Assembly: GCA_011390465.1 (NCBI GenBank)
Contig: JAABSH010000014.1
Coordinates: 5,549 to 69,548, forward strand
Reading direction: 5' to 3'
Source: Desulfobacteraceae bacterium
GTDB lineage: Bacteria > Desulfobacterota > Desulfobacteria > Desulfobacterales > Desulfosalsimonadaceae
DNA length: 64,000 bases
The notes beneath the pieces were generated by a model. The model was not told the origin of the DNA. It was given only the letters and a program-made list of their open reading frames with translations, and ran no database searches. Positions 1-8,679 of the stretch are shown piece after piece. Numbering within the stretch: the first letter of the stretch is position 1; each line of letters starts with the position of its first letter. The translations under genes were made by a program, and so were the position numbers.

Positions 1-380
1 CTGCATCCCGGTGATCAGGGGATGATTTTTATGGGGGAAAATCTTGCACGCAAGATCAAGCCCAAGATCAAGCCCAGGATATCGCCCACAATATAGCCCA
101 AACTATCGTCATTGACTTGCATTGTTTTTATCAATGCGCCCGTGACATCTCAGTCGCATAAAATGTTAAGGCATTCAAAACCAGAGGCCTCAATTATGTG
201 TCCAATAATAAATTCGCGCAGCGCATAGAACCCCACATACATAAAAAAGGTCACATATGACCGACAGGTAATATATGGCCCTTTTTGCATGGCGGTTACG
301 GACCGCTCTAACGTCTTTTTCAGGTTAATTGTTCTTACAAATCAATAGGATGGGTGAATCGAGCATCGAAACCGGAATCC

Positions 381-396
381 TGGCACAAAAATTGAA
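381..396 (+). promoter_or_regulatory. candidate sigma-54 (-24/-12) promoter
   Basis: TGGCAC-N5-TTGA (tggcacaaaaattgaa), preceded by atcgaaacc. A near-identical motif with the same upstream atcgaaacc occurs at 3422..3437. The -12 element is TTGA rather than the consensus TTGC, and the site is ~290 nt upstream of the ATG at 687. Confidence 0.3.
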
Positions 397-686
397 ATTT
401 AGAAATATGATTACCGCTTGTGCTGCGGCAGTCCCTCCGAAATACAGCCTTTGGCCAGAGGGCTTATTATCGATCTGGCTAACTAATTGAGATAAATAAG
501 AAAATCAGCTTTGGCAATAGACCGTAACTGCGCGACCAACGAATAACAGCCCCATTATTGTAGAATGAAAGGAGGTGTACCCGCAGGGTGCGGGGATTAT
601 CCCCGCCTGAAATGCAATTCCATCGTTTGGTTTAACCTGATTATGTTGAAGAATAATCTCTTACTTAAATTTAAGGAGTTTGAAAA

Positions 687-1199
687 ATGAAAAAATTGAT
701 GTTTTTGCTGATCGTAACATCCATGCTGTTTGTCGTACCCGCCGCCATTGCTTACGAGCAGGGGGATTTCGAAGTGACACTGGGTGGCAGCGGTTCCAGC
801 GACGATAATCTGGATGGCACCGTGTTTAACATTGAAGCCGGCCTGGGATATTTCATAACCCAAAATTTTGAAGCGGTGTGGCGGCAAGGGGTTTCATATG
901 CCGATATCCCCGGTGACGACAACTGGAATGCGTCCACCCGGTTGTCCTTTGATTACAATTTTGATCTGGGGAATTGGTATCCCTACCTTGGCGTTAATAT
1001 CGGCTATTTATATGGCGATACCGTTGAGGAACAATTTATTGCGGGGCCGGAAGGCGGAGCGAAATTTTTTGTTAATGACACCACATTCATCATCGCCGGC
1101 CTCGAATACCAGTTTCTCTTTGAAGACACAAACGACGCGGATGATAATTTTGATGACGGACGGTTTGTCTATCTTTTGGGCATCGGCTTCACGTTTTAG
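687..1199 (+). CDS. small outer-membrane beta-barrel protein (OMP_b-brl/OmpW-like)
   Basis: Sec signal peptide MKKLMFLLIVTSMLFVVPAAIA; alternating amphipathic strand pattern rich in Y/F/G/D; C-terminal GIGFTF with terminal Phe; aaggag 8 nt upstream of the ATG. Confidence 0.7.
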   Translation: MKKLMFLLIVTSMLFVVPAAIAYEQGDFEVTLGGSGSSDDNLDGTVFNIEAGLGYFITQNFEAVWRQGVSYADIPGDDNWNASTRLSFDYNFDLGNWYPYLGVNIGYLYGDTVEEQFIAGPEGGAKFFVNDTTFIIAGLEYQFLFEDTNDADDNFDDGRFVYLLGIGFTF

Positions 1200-1227
1200 A
1201 AAGACAGGAACCTGTATTGTTAATAGT

Positions 1228-1271
1228 TAATCCGGCAGATACCGGTTTTGACCGGTTATCTGCCGGATTAA
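1228..1271 (+). terminator. hairpin after the OMP gene (possible terminator, no T-run)
   Basis: Near-perfect ~19-bp inverted repeat ttaatccggcagataccgg / ccggttatctgccggattaa, 29 nt after the stop at 1199. It lacks a U-tract, so function is uncertain. Confidence 0.3.
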
Positions 1272-1306
1272 CCAGAATTCTCAAATCAAAAAAGGTTATC
1301 AATGGC

Positions 1307-3289
1307 ATGATGATGCTGGACACAAATCGCGAAACCCGTCGGATGGCCCTGGATGATGAGAACGCGATAGACGAGGGAAAGGCGGTTGCCTCGTTCCACG
1401 ATTCAGAGAAACGCTACCGCAGGCTTTTTGAATCCGCCAAGGACGGGATTTTGATTCTTGATGCCGCCACGGGCAAAGTCGTTGATGTAAATCCTTTTCT
1501 GTTGCAGCTGCTGGGGTATTCCTACAATGAAATAATTGGACGTCATCTCTGGGAAATCGGGTCTTTTCAGGATATTGCGGCATCCAAGACCGCTTTTAAA
1601 AAATTGCAGGATACCGAATACATCCGCTACGACAATTTGCCTCTCAAAACCCGTGACGGAAAATCCGTTGAGGTGGAGTTTATCAGCAATGTCTACCTGG
1701 TGGATCAGAGCAAGGTAATCCAGTGCAATATCCGCGACATCACGGGCCGCAGGGAGATGGAAAAGACCTTGCAGAAAAGCGAGGCCAAGATGCGCAGCAT
1801 CCTGGACAATATCGGCATCGGCGTGGCCCTTATCAGTCCCAAAATGGAGATTCTGGAATTGAACCGCCAGATGCGCGAGTGGTTTCCGGATATTCAGCCG
1901 GATCACCATCCCATCTGTTTTCAGGTGTTTAATGACCCGCCCGGCAAAGAACCATGCAAAAACTGCCCCACCCAAAAAACCCTAAAGGACGGGCTGGTTC
2001 ATGAAAATGCGGTGCAACCCCCGCGGGCCGGAACTGTTAAAAACTATCGCGTTGTGTCCTCCCCCATCCGTGATGCATCAGGTGAGATCACAGCCGCCAT
2101 CGAGATGGTCGAAGACATTACCGAAAAACTGGCACTGGAATCCCAGGTCCGGCAGTCTCAGAAAATGGAAGCCGTTGGCCGGCTGGCCAGCGGCGTGGCC
2201 CATGATTATAACAATGGTCTTACCGTGATTATGGGGTATACGGAACAGGCCCTGGACAAGATAAACCCGACCGATCCGTTGTATGATGACCTTCAGGAAG
2301 TTTTCAAAGCCGCCTCGCATTCCGCGGCGGTGACCCAGCAATTGCTCGCCTTTGCCCGCAAACAGCATATTTCACCCAAAGTCATCGATCTAAATGAGGC
2401 CATCGGAGGAATGCAGAAGATGCTTCAACGTCTCATCGGCGAGGATATTCACCTGAGCTTGCTTTCCGGGACAAGTCTGCGGCCGATTCTGATGGATTCC
2501 TCTCAACTGGACCAGATCCTGGCAAATCTCTGCATTAACGCCCGGGACGCCATTGCGGGTGTCGGGAAAATAACCATCGAAACAAGCATGGCGAGTTTTG
2601 ACGACACTTATTGCGCGAACCATGCGGGCTTTGTCCCCGGCGATTTCGTTGTGCTGGCCGTCAGCGATGACGGCTGCGGCATGAGCAGGGAGACACAGGG
2701 CCATATTTTTGAGCCGTTTTATACCACCAAGAAATTGGGCGTGGGCACCGGTCTTGGTCTGTCAACGGTCTATGGCATTGTCAACCAGAATAACGGGTTT
2801 ATTGATTTTACCAGCGAACCGGAGAAAGGCACGATTTTTAAAATTTATCTGCCTTGTCATCAGGGCGAGGCTGCTGCTTCTCAAAAAATCCTTCCGGCAA
2901 AAATGCCGGCCGGCCATGGCGAGACCATTCTGGTTGTGGATGATGATGCCGCCGTCCTGAATCTGGTCAGAAGCTGCCTCAAGCGATTGGGTTATACTGT
3001 GCTGGTATCAGACATGCCCGGAGAAGCCGTAAAAATGGCTGAAATGCATTTAGACGCGATTCGTCTGGTAATCACCGACGTCATCATGCCCGAAATGAAC
3101 GGGCAGGAATTGGTCAATCGGCTCATGGCCCTGAAACCGGATCTCCAATACCTGTTCATGTCCGGCTACACGGCTGACGTGATCCGCGATCGCGGCCTGA
3201 CCGAGACAAATGGCGGATTCATTCAAAAGCCGTTTTCCATGAAAACCCTTGCCGCCAAGGTAAGCGAAGCCCTGGATGGAAACAGATAA
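1307..3289 (+). CDS. hybrid sensor histidine kinase/response regulator with PAS domains
   Basis: PAS-like segments (RYRRLFESAKDGILILD..., MRSILDNIGIGVALI...); H-box VAHDYNNGLTVIMGY; ATPase boxes NLCINARDA, DDGCGM, GTGLGLS; C-terminal receiver ILVVDDD...DVIMPEMNG. The ORF opens at 1217, but its first 90 nt overlap the upstream hairpin, so ATG 1307 is preferred. Confidence 0.85.
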   Translation: MMMLDTNRETRRMALDDENAIDEGKAVASFHDSEKRYRRLFESAKDGILILDAATGKVVDVNPFLLQLLGYSYNEIIGRHLWEIGSFQDIAASKTAFKKLQDTEYIRYDNLPLKTRDGKSVEVEFISNVYLVDQSKVIQCNIRDITGRREMEKTLQKSEAKMRSILDNIGIGVALISPKMEILELNRQMREWFPDIQPDHHPICFQVFNDPPGKEPCKNCPTQKTLKDGLVHENAVQPPRAGTVKNYRVVSSPIRDASGEITAAIEMVEDITEKLALESQVRQSQKMEAVGRLASGVAHDYNNGLTVIMGYTEQALDKINPTDPLYDDLQEVFKAASHSAAVTQQLLAFARKQHISPKVIDLNEAIGGMQKMLQRLIGEDIHLSLLSGTSLRPILMDSSQLDQILANLCINARDAIAGVGKITIETSMASFDDTYCANHAGFVPGDFVVLAVSDDGCGMSRETQGHIFEPFYTTKKLGVGTGLGLSTVYGIVNQNNGFIDFTSEPEKGTIFKIYLPCHQGEAAASQKILPAKMPAGHGETILVVDDDAAVLNLVRSCLKRLGYTVLVSDMPGEAVKMAEMHLDAIRLVITDVIMPEMNGQELVNRLMALKPDLQYLFMSGYTADVIRDRGLTETNGGFIQKPFSMKTLAAKVSEALDGNR

Positions 3290-3421
3290 ATGGCCACATA
3301 CGACCTTGTGGTAAATATGACCTTTTTTCAAGCTTGCCCATGGCTGGTCCGTCATTTCAAATTCAAGCGATTTTTTAATAAAACCAGGCCGATGCGTCAC
3401 ACCGACGGCGTAATCGAAACC

Positions 3422-3437
3422 TGGCACAAAGATTGAA
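3422..3437 (+). promoter_or_regulatory. candidate sigma-54 (-24/-12) promoter
   Basis: tggcacaaagattgaa = TGGCAC-N5-TTGA, ~95 nt upstream of the ATG at 3530. It shares the atcgaaacc flank with the motif at 381..396. Confidence 0.35.
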
Positions 3438-3529
3438 TATATAAAATTAGCAATAGAAATAGAAAGACGGTCAAATGAATTCTTCGGGGGAATATCCCTG
3501 AAACAACAAAAATAAAAAAGGAGTGCGAT

Positions 3530-4198
3530 ATGAAACTGACACGAACAAACAAACCGGTTGCGTTTCTTTTTGCCGCGCTGTCGATTGCGGCCATCAGTAT
3601 TACAGGCTGCGCATCAACGGGCATGCAGCGCTCGGAAGAAGCAAGCACAACCATGCAGGCCGTGGACAACGATATTAAATTGATCGTCACGCATCTTGAT
3701 GCCGCCGGCGCATCCCTGGAAGAGTTGACACGGCCCGGGCAATCCGATGTGAAAAAGGCTTTTGATCTGTATTCGGACAATATTTCAAAACTTGCGGAAA
3801 TGGAGAAAAAATTTTCCAAACATGCCGATGAAATGAAAGCCCGGGGCAAGGACTATTTCGAGGAATGGCAAACAGAAGGCAGTAAATATAAAAATCCTCG
3901 GATTCAGTCTCTCAGTGAACAGCGCCGCATGGCACTTGCCGATATATATGGTCAAATCCCCTTAAACAGCATCGGTGTGAAAGAAGCGTTCAGGGCGTAT
4001 TTGTCTGATGCCACGGAAATTCAGACCTATCTTTCAAACGACCTGACACCCAAGGGGGTTGAGGCGATTGCGCCCATGGCAAGAAGGGCCTCCATGGACG
4101 GCGATAATCTGAAATATGCCATCAAGGAACTTGAAATGGCGATTGAACGGGCAAGGGCGGAAATGTCCCAGGGCGGAAGGGAAAAGCATCAGAATTAA
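3530..4198 (+). CDS. lipoprotein of unknown function (helical, possibly DUF2959-like)
   Basis: Lipobox AISITGC after a hydrophobic signal; the remainder is charged and helical; aaaggag RBS upstream. Confidence 0.6.
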   Translation: MKLTRTNKPVAFLFAALSIAAISITGCASTGMQRSEEASTTMQAVDNDIKLIVTHLDAAGASLEELTRPGQSDVKKAFDLYSDNISKLAEMEKKFSKHADEMKARGKDYFEEWQTEGSKYKNPRIQSLSEQRRMALADIYGQIPLNSIGVKEAFRAYLSDATEIQTYLSNDLTPKGVEAIAPMARRASMDGDNLKYAIKELEMAIERARAEMSQGGREKHQN

Positions 4199-4261
4199 AA
4201 TTGTCAAAGCGAGCTGCATCAATTCAATCAACATGAACCTTAACCAACAAGGAAGAAGACC

Positions 4262-4441
4262 ATGAAATCAAGCACAAAAGACAACGCGGAAGGCAAGATG
4301 CACCAGGCAAAAGGCAAGACCAAACAGGTGGCCGGCATCATCGCCGGAAGTGACGACCTGGAAGCCGAAGGCAAGGAAGAAAACTTAAAAGGAAAAATTC
4401 AGGAAAAGTCCGGCCAGATCAAGAAAGTGATGGACAAGTAG
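4262..4441 (+). CDS. CsbD-family general stress protein (59 aa, below the ORF-track cutoff)
   Basis: My translation is MKSSTKDNAEGKMHQAKGKTKQVAGIIAGSDDLEAEGKEENLKGKIQEKSGQIKKVMDK. The G-K-x-K/E-G-K repeats are typical of CsbD. aaggaag RBS upstream. Confidence 0.75.
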   Translation: MKSSTKDNAEGKMHQAKGKTKQVAGIIAGSDDLEAEGKEENLKGKIQEKSGQIKKVMDK

Positions 4442-4553
4442 AAAGACCCTAAAGTTCCACATGCTGATTTTTTCAGCATACCTCCAAAAGACAGCCGGCC
4501 GGGGCTTATAATACCGGCCACTCTTAAAACTTAAATTTAAAGGAGAACCGCTC

Positions 4554-4703
4554 ATGTTGTGGACAATTGCAGTAGTACTCGTAATTCTATGGCTGCTGGG
4601 ATTTGTGAGCAGTTACACCATGGGAGGATTCATTCATATCCTGCTAGTGATTGCGGTTATTGTCGTGCTGGTCAATGTCATCGGGGGCCGGCGCGCCACC
4701 TAG
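4554..4703 (+). CDS. lmo0937-family small membrane protein (49 aa, below the ORF-track cutoff)
   Basis: My translation is MLWTIAVVLVILWLLGFVSSYTMGGFIHILLVIAVIVVLVNVIGGRRAT. It matches the remembered family pattern MLWTI..ILWLLG..GGFIHILLVIA; aaggag sits 8 nt upstream. Confidence 0.7.
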   Translation: MLWTIAVVLVILWLLGFVSSYTMGGFIHILLVIAVIVVLVNVIGGRRAT

Positions 4704-4755
4704 TCAGCAAAAAAGCAATAAAACTTAATTATCCATATATAAAAGGCAGGATCAA

Positions 4756-4977
4756 ATGAGAACAACCCTAATTTTGGCAATTATACTGATTGGTATCGGG
4801 ATCGCGGCGTTCGCATATCAGGGAATCAGCTACACCACCCGGGAAAAGGTCGTTGATATCGGTCCGATTGAAATGACCGCGGACAAAACCCGAACAATTC
4901 CCTTGCCGCCGATTGTCGGCGGTATCGCGCTGGCGGGCGGGATCGCCCTGCTGGTTTTTGGAAGAAAAAAAGACTGA
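4756..4977 (+). CDS. small two-TM membrane protein
   Basis: N- and C-terminal hydrophobic helices (LILAIILIGIGIAAFA, IVGGIALAGGIALLVFG), in a run of small stress/membrane genes. Confidence 0.55.
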   Translation: MRTTLILAIILIGIGIAAFAYQGISYTTREKVVDIGPIEMTADKTRTIPLPPIVGGIALAGGIALLVFGRKKD

Positions 4978-5059
4978 ACAACTTATTCAGGTGGACGAAT
5001 GACAACCCGCTGGCGCGAAATGACTGGGGCAGCAGCCGTTCCACCCGGGAGATGGGAAA

Positions 5060-5512
5060 ATGAGACAACCACTTATGATTAAAAAGTTACTCAGCATGTT
5101 TATTTTTATCGCATTGCTCATTCAGATATCGGCTTGCGGTTATTTTCTGCATCCCGAAAGAAGAGGGCAGAATGGCGGGCGTCTTGACATCGGCGTCGTA
5201 GCCCTTGACGGAATCGGACTTTTCTTTTTCCTGGTGCCGGGCATTATCGCCTATGCCGTGGATTTTTCCAGCGGGTGTATTTACCTGCCGGGCGGCGTGT
5301 TTTCCGCCAATCCGGATAACGGCGAAATCAAAAGGGTCCAGGTCGATCCGGCCGAACTCAATGAACAGACCATCAACAACATTATCGTCAGGGAAACAGG
5401 CATGTCCGCAGACGTTGATCTGAACCGGGCTGAGGTTTACGCTTTCAATGGAACCGGAGATATTCTGCTCCGGTTGGCCCAGATGAAAAACGCCGGCTAT
5501 CAAATGCAATAG
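5060..5512 (+). CDS. lipoprotein/membrane protein of unknown function
   Basis: Signal peptide with lipobox LIQISAC, followed by a hydrophobic segment GIGLFFFLVPGIIAYAV. The start could instead be ATG 5075. Confidence 0.55.
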   Translation: MRQPLMIKKLLSMFIFIALLIQISACGYFLHPERRGQNGGRLDIGVVALDGIGLFFFLVPGIIAYAVDFSSGCIYLPGGVFSANPDNGEIKRVQVDPAELNEQTINNIIVRETGMSADVDLNRAEVYAFNGTGDILLRLAQMKNAGYQMQ

Positions 5513-5611
5513 GATCCGAGAGCGCCCGATAGCGTCCGATAACAAAAATCATGGCGGAAAAGAGATGTCATCACCGTCCCATGACGAAGAGCAAAGGATC
5601 TCTTTCTAACA

Positions 5612-5956
5612 ATGAATGTAATCAGAACCATTATGACCGTGCTTCCTGAGAAACAGAAAGAGGTTTTGCAAACGCTGGTTTCGATGGTGGCACCAACGGG
5701 CAAGGAAAAAGGCTGCGTAAGCTTTGGCATTTACGCTGATATCGAAAGCGAGAATGTTTTCAATCTGATTTCGGAATGGGAAAACCGAAAGGAATTGGAT
5801 CATCATATAAAATCCGACAGATTCGGCGTTTTGCTGGGAATCAAAAGCCTTTTAGCGGAACCAATTAAAATTCAAATATTTACAGTCTCAAACACGGAAG
5901 GCATGGAAACGGTCAATGCCGTAAGAAAAAAAATGAAACGGATTTTCCCCCAATAA
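5612..5956 (+). CDS. antibiotic-biosynthesis-monooxygenase (ABM/quinol monooxygenase-like) domain protein
   Basis: ~100-aa ferredoxin-like fold pattern; the LISEWENRKELDHHIKSDRF motif resembles ABM-family proteins. Confidence 0.6.
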   Translation: MNVIRTIMTVLPEKQKEVLQTLVSMVAPTGKEKGCVSFGIYADIESENVFNLISEWENRKELDHHIKSDRFGVLLGIKSLLAEPIKIQIFTVSNTEGMETVNAVRKKMKRIFPQ

Positions 5957-5979
5957 AAAAGCGAAAGGAATTTGATGAT

Positions 5980-7458
5980 ATGAACGTTCTCCTGATCTAC
6001 CCCAAATTTCCGGATACATTCTGGTCGTTCACCTATGCGCTTAGCTTTATCGGAAAAAAATCCGCTTTTCCGCCCCTGGGCCTGCTCACCGTGGCCGGCC
6101 TGCTGCCGGAAGCATGGTCCAAACGCCTTGTGGATATGAATGTGGACAATCTTACGGATAAAGATTTGTTATGGGCGGACATGGCGTTTATCGGCGGCAT
6201 GGCGGTTCAGCGAAAATCTGCCATGCAAATCATCCGTCGGTGCAAGTCGCTTAATTTAAAAATCGTCGCTGGCGGGCCTTTGTTTACTTCCGAACCCGAT
6301 GAATTTGCGGAGGTGGATCATCTTATCTTGAATGAAGCGGAATTAACGCTGCCGGCTTTTCTGTCGGACCTGGAAAAGGGTCAGTTGAAAAAGGTCTACC
6401 GGGCTTCCGGTTTCGCAAATCTTTGCGATACACCGCCGCCCGCCTGGGATCTGATCAAAACAAAACGTTATGCGTCCATGAGCATTCAGTTTTCCAGGGG
6501 ATGCCCCTTTAACTGCGAATTCTGCAATGTCACAACCCTTTTCGGGCACTGGCCCCGAATGAAAGCGCCGGCCCAAATTACCACCGAACTTGACCGCATC
6601 TATGCTTCCGGCTGGCGCAGCAGCATCTTTTTTGTGGACGACAATTTTATCGGCAATAAAACCTACCTGAAAACCCGTCTACTCCCCGCCCTCATCGAAT
6701 GGCGGAAGGATAAAAAAGGATGCGTGTTTTTCACGGAAGCCTCCATTAATCTGGCCGATGATCCCGAGCTTCTGGATTTGATGGCCAGGGCCGGGTTTGA
6801 TGCGGTGTTTATCGGCATTGAGTCCCCGGATGAGGTCAGCCTGACGGAATGCCATAAAACCCAGAATAAAAACCGGGATCTTCTTGAAAGCGTGGCGATC
6901 ATTCATCACGCCGGGTTGCAGGTGATGGGGGGATTTATTGTGGGGTTTGACAGCGATGCGCCGTCCATTTTCCAGCGGCAGGTCGATTTTATTCAAAAAA
7001 GCGGCATTGTCACCGCCATGGTCGGATTGCTCCAGGCCCCGCCGGGAACCCGGCTTTTTGACAGGCTTTCCAGGGAAAGCCGGATCGTCAACACGTTTTC
7101 CGGAGACAATGTGGACGGGACCACCAATATTCTGCCCCGAATGGGCATAGACAGCCTTCGGGCCGGGTATCAATCCATCATGCAACAGATTTATTCCCCC
7201 AAAAACTACTACCGGCGCGTCAGAACGCTGCTCATGGAGCTGAAGCCCCCGGAAATCACGCAGCCGGTAAATGCTCAGCGGTTCTTTTCATTTTTCAGGT
7301 CCGCGTTCCGTCTCGGGGTTTTGGGCAAAGAGCGGTTTCAGTACTGGCGACTGATGATCTGGACCCTGGCCTTTAAGCCCAGATTGATGTCCGTTGCGAT
7401 CACCCTGTCGATCTACGGCCATCATTACCGGAAAATCTGTGAACGCTATATTTATTAA
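5980..7458 (+). CDS. B12-binding-domain radical SAM protein (DUF4070-type C-terminus)
   Basis: N-terminal MNVLLIYPKFPDTFWSF...PPLGLL pattern typical of the B12-binding class; CX3CX2C cluster RGCPFNCEFCN; long C-terminal helical extension. Confidence 0.85.
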   Translation: MNVLLIYPKFPDTFWSFTYALSFIGKKSAFPPLGLLTVAGLLPEAWSKRLVDMNVDNLTDKDLLWADMAFIGGMAVQRKSAMQIIRRCKSLNLKIVAGGPLFTSEPDEFAEVDHLILNEAELTLPAFLSDLEKGQLKKVYRASGFANLCDTPPPAWDLIKTKRYASMSIQFSRGCPFNCEFCNVTTLFGHWPRMKAPAQITTELDRIYASGWRSSIFFVDDNFIGNKTYLKTRLLPALIEWRKDKKGCVFFTEASINLADDPELLDLMARAGFDAVFIGIESPDEVSLTECHKTQNKNRDLLESVAIIHHAGLQVMGGFIVGFDSDAPSIFQRQVDFIQKSGIVTAMVGLLQAPPGTRLFDRLSRESRIVNTFSGDNVDGTTNILPRMGIDSLRAGYQSIMQQIYSPKNYYRRVRTLLMELKPPEITQPVNAQRFFSFFRSAFRLGVLGKERFQYWRLMIWTLAFKPRLMSVAITLSIYGHHYRKICERYIY

Positions 7459-7577
7459 GATACCCTTGACGGGATATAAAATACGAAATTTCTTTACCGG
7501 GCTGCTTCTGTCCGCGCTTTTTCCTTTTATGGGGATATCAAAAAAAATGTCAGTAATAAAAGGAAAGACACATAGAG

Positions 7578-8531
7578 ATGATCGGACACCCTCACAAAAC
7601 AATCGTAGACGGGACAGCCATCGCCTGGAGCGAGATGGGCTCAGGACCTCCGCTTGTGCTGATTCACGGCTTTCAGGACACCCACCGCGTCTGGGGAAAA
7701 ATTGCCCAGCTGCTTGCCGATGATTTTCGGGTATTGATGATAGACCTTCCGGGCAGCGGGCTTTCGGATCGGCCCGACGCGCCATATACCCTGGATTGGT
7801 ATGCTCGCATGGTCGTTGCATGGATGGATGCCATTGACCTCAGGCACGCGCATGTCTGCGGGCATTCTTTCGGCGGCGGCATCGCCCAGTGGATGCTGCT
7901 TGAAGACAGCATCCGCATCGACCGGCTGGCCCTTGTGTCGCCGGGTGGTTTGGGGCCCGAAGTCGGCATGTGGCTGAAGTACGCGACGTTTCCCGTGTTA
8001 GGGCCCATGCTGACGCCCCTTGTGGTACGCCACGTTATTCCCAGACTGATGCGTTTTGCCCCTGGAATTTTTGGAAGCAGAGATCCCGAGGAAATTAAAC
8101 GCTATGTCAGGATGATGGGCATTCCGGGGACGCATCTGGCTTTTCAGCGGTCGGTTGCGGGCGTCATCAATCTCTTTGGCCAGTATATGCAGACAAAACA
8201 ACGGGCGTGGGAAATTGACATTCTGCCCCCGATGGCCCTGTTCTGGGGGGAAAAAGATCCCATTCTGCCCGTGCGGCAGGGACGTTCCATGCTGGCGCAG
8301 TCCACCGGAATCACATTGACCACATACCCGAAGTGCGGGCATTTCCCGCAACTCGACATGGCCCGTACATTTGCAGATGATTTAAAAGCGTTTTTCTGCG
8401 ATCCGGATCGCCCTTTCTGGTTTATTTACTCTGAAAAGTCGAAAAACAGGCTGCCGGAGATTTTAGAAGATCCCCTGAACATGCCTGCGATATCTATCCC
8501 GGATGGGGGGCTAACTGCCTTGAAACAATAG
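7578..8531 (+). CDS. alpha/beta-fold hydrolase
   Basis: HG oxyanion motif LVLIHGF; nucleophile elbow GHSFGG; C-terminal catalytic His context KCGHFPQLD. Confidence 0.8.
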   Translation: MIGHPHKTIVDGTAIAWSEMGSGPPLVLIHGFQDTHRVWGKIAQLLADDFRVLMIDLPGSGLSDRPDAPYTLDWYARMVVAWMDAIDLRHAHVCGHSFGGGIAQWMLLEDSIRIDRLALVSPGGLGPEVGMWLKYATFPVLGPMLTPLVVRHVIPRLMRFAPGIFGSRDPEEIKRYVRMMGIPGTHLAFQRSVAGVINLFGQYMQTKQRAWEIDILPPMALFWGEKDPILPVRQGRSMLAQSTGITLTTYPKCGHFPQLDMARTFADDLKAFFCDPDRPFWFIYSEKSKNRLPEILEDPLNMPAISIPDGGLTALKQ

Positions 8532-8541
8532 ATGAAAAGGC

Positions 8542-8567
8542 GTTGATCCTCGTTGTTGATCCTCGTT
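8542..8567. repeat. perfect 13-bp tandem direct repeat (gttgatcctcgtt x2)
   Basis: Read directly from the sequence. It lies in the 148-bp gap between the hydrolase stop and the preferred glucan synthase start. Confidence 0.7.
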
Positions 8568-8679
8568 TCGGCCCTTAATGGCGGATTCTTCCGGCAGGAG
8601 CGGGCCATGGCCGCGATTATTTCCGCAATCGCTTTTAAAGCATATTCATTCTGACGCCGTCAAAAATAAGGTTTTTATC

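Noticed and set aside
1-686. Possible gene or RNA in the first 686 bp, including a perfect 12-bp tandem repeat, caagatcaagcc x2, at 51..74
   Set aside because: All reading frames on both strands that I translated stop within about 25-46 codons (for example a 35-aa minus-strand ORF with a GLILGLIL motif that arises from the tandem repeat). There is no RBS and no recognisable RNA motif. I treat the region as non-coding leader; only the sigma-54-like motif is reported.
1217-1306. Upstream extension of the histidine kinase ORF (track start 1217)
   Set aside because: The first 30 codons overlap the hairpin that follows the upstream OMP gene and have no kinase-like sequence. ATG 1307 with an upstream aaaagg is more plausible.
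3050-3849. Minus-strand ORFs 3050..3427 and 3397..3849
   Set aside because: They are antisense to the kinase 3' end and the lipoprotein gene, have no motifs and cross the intergenic promoter region. They are typical spurious ORFs.
8578-8679. Upstream extension of the glucan synthase ORF (MADSSGRSGPW...)
   Set aside because: The conserved Cgs-like N-terminus begins after ATG 8680, and the extension is Arg/Ser/Pro-rich low-information sequence. The true start remains uncertain.
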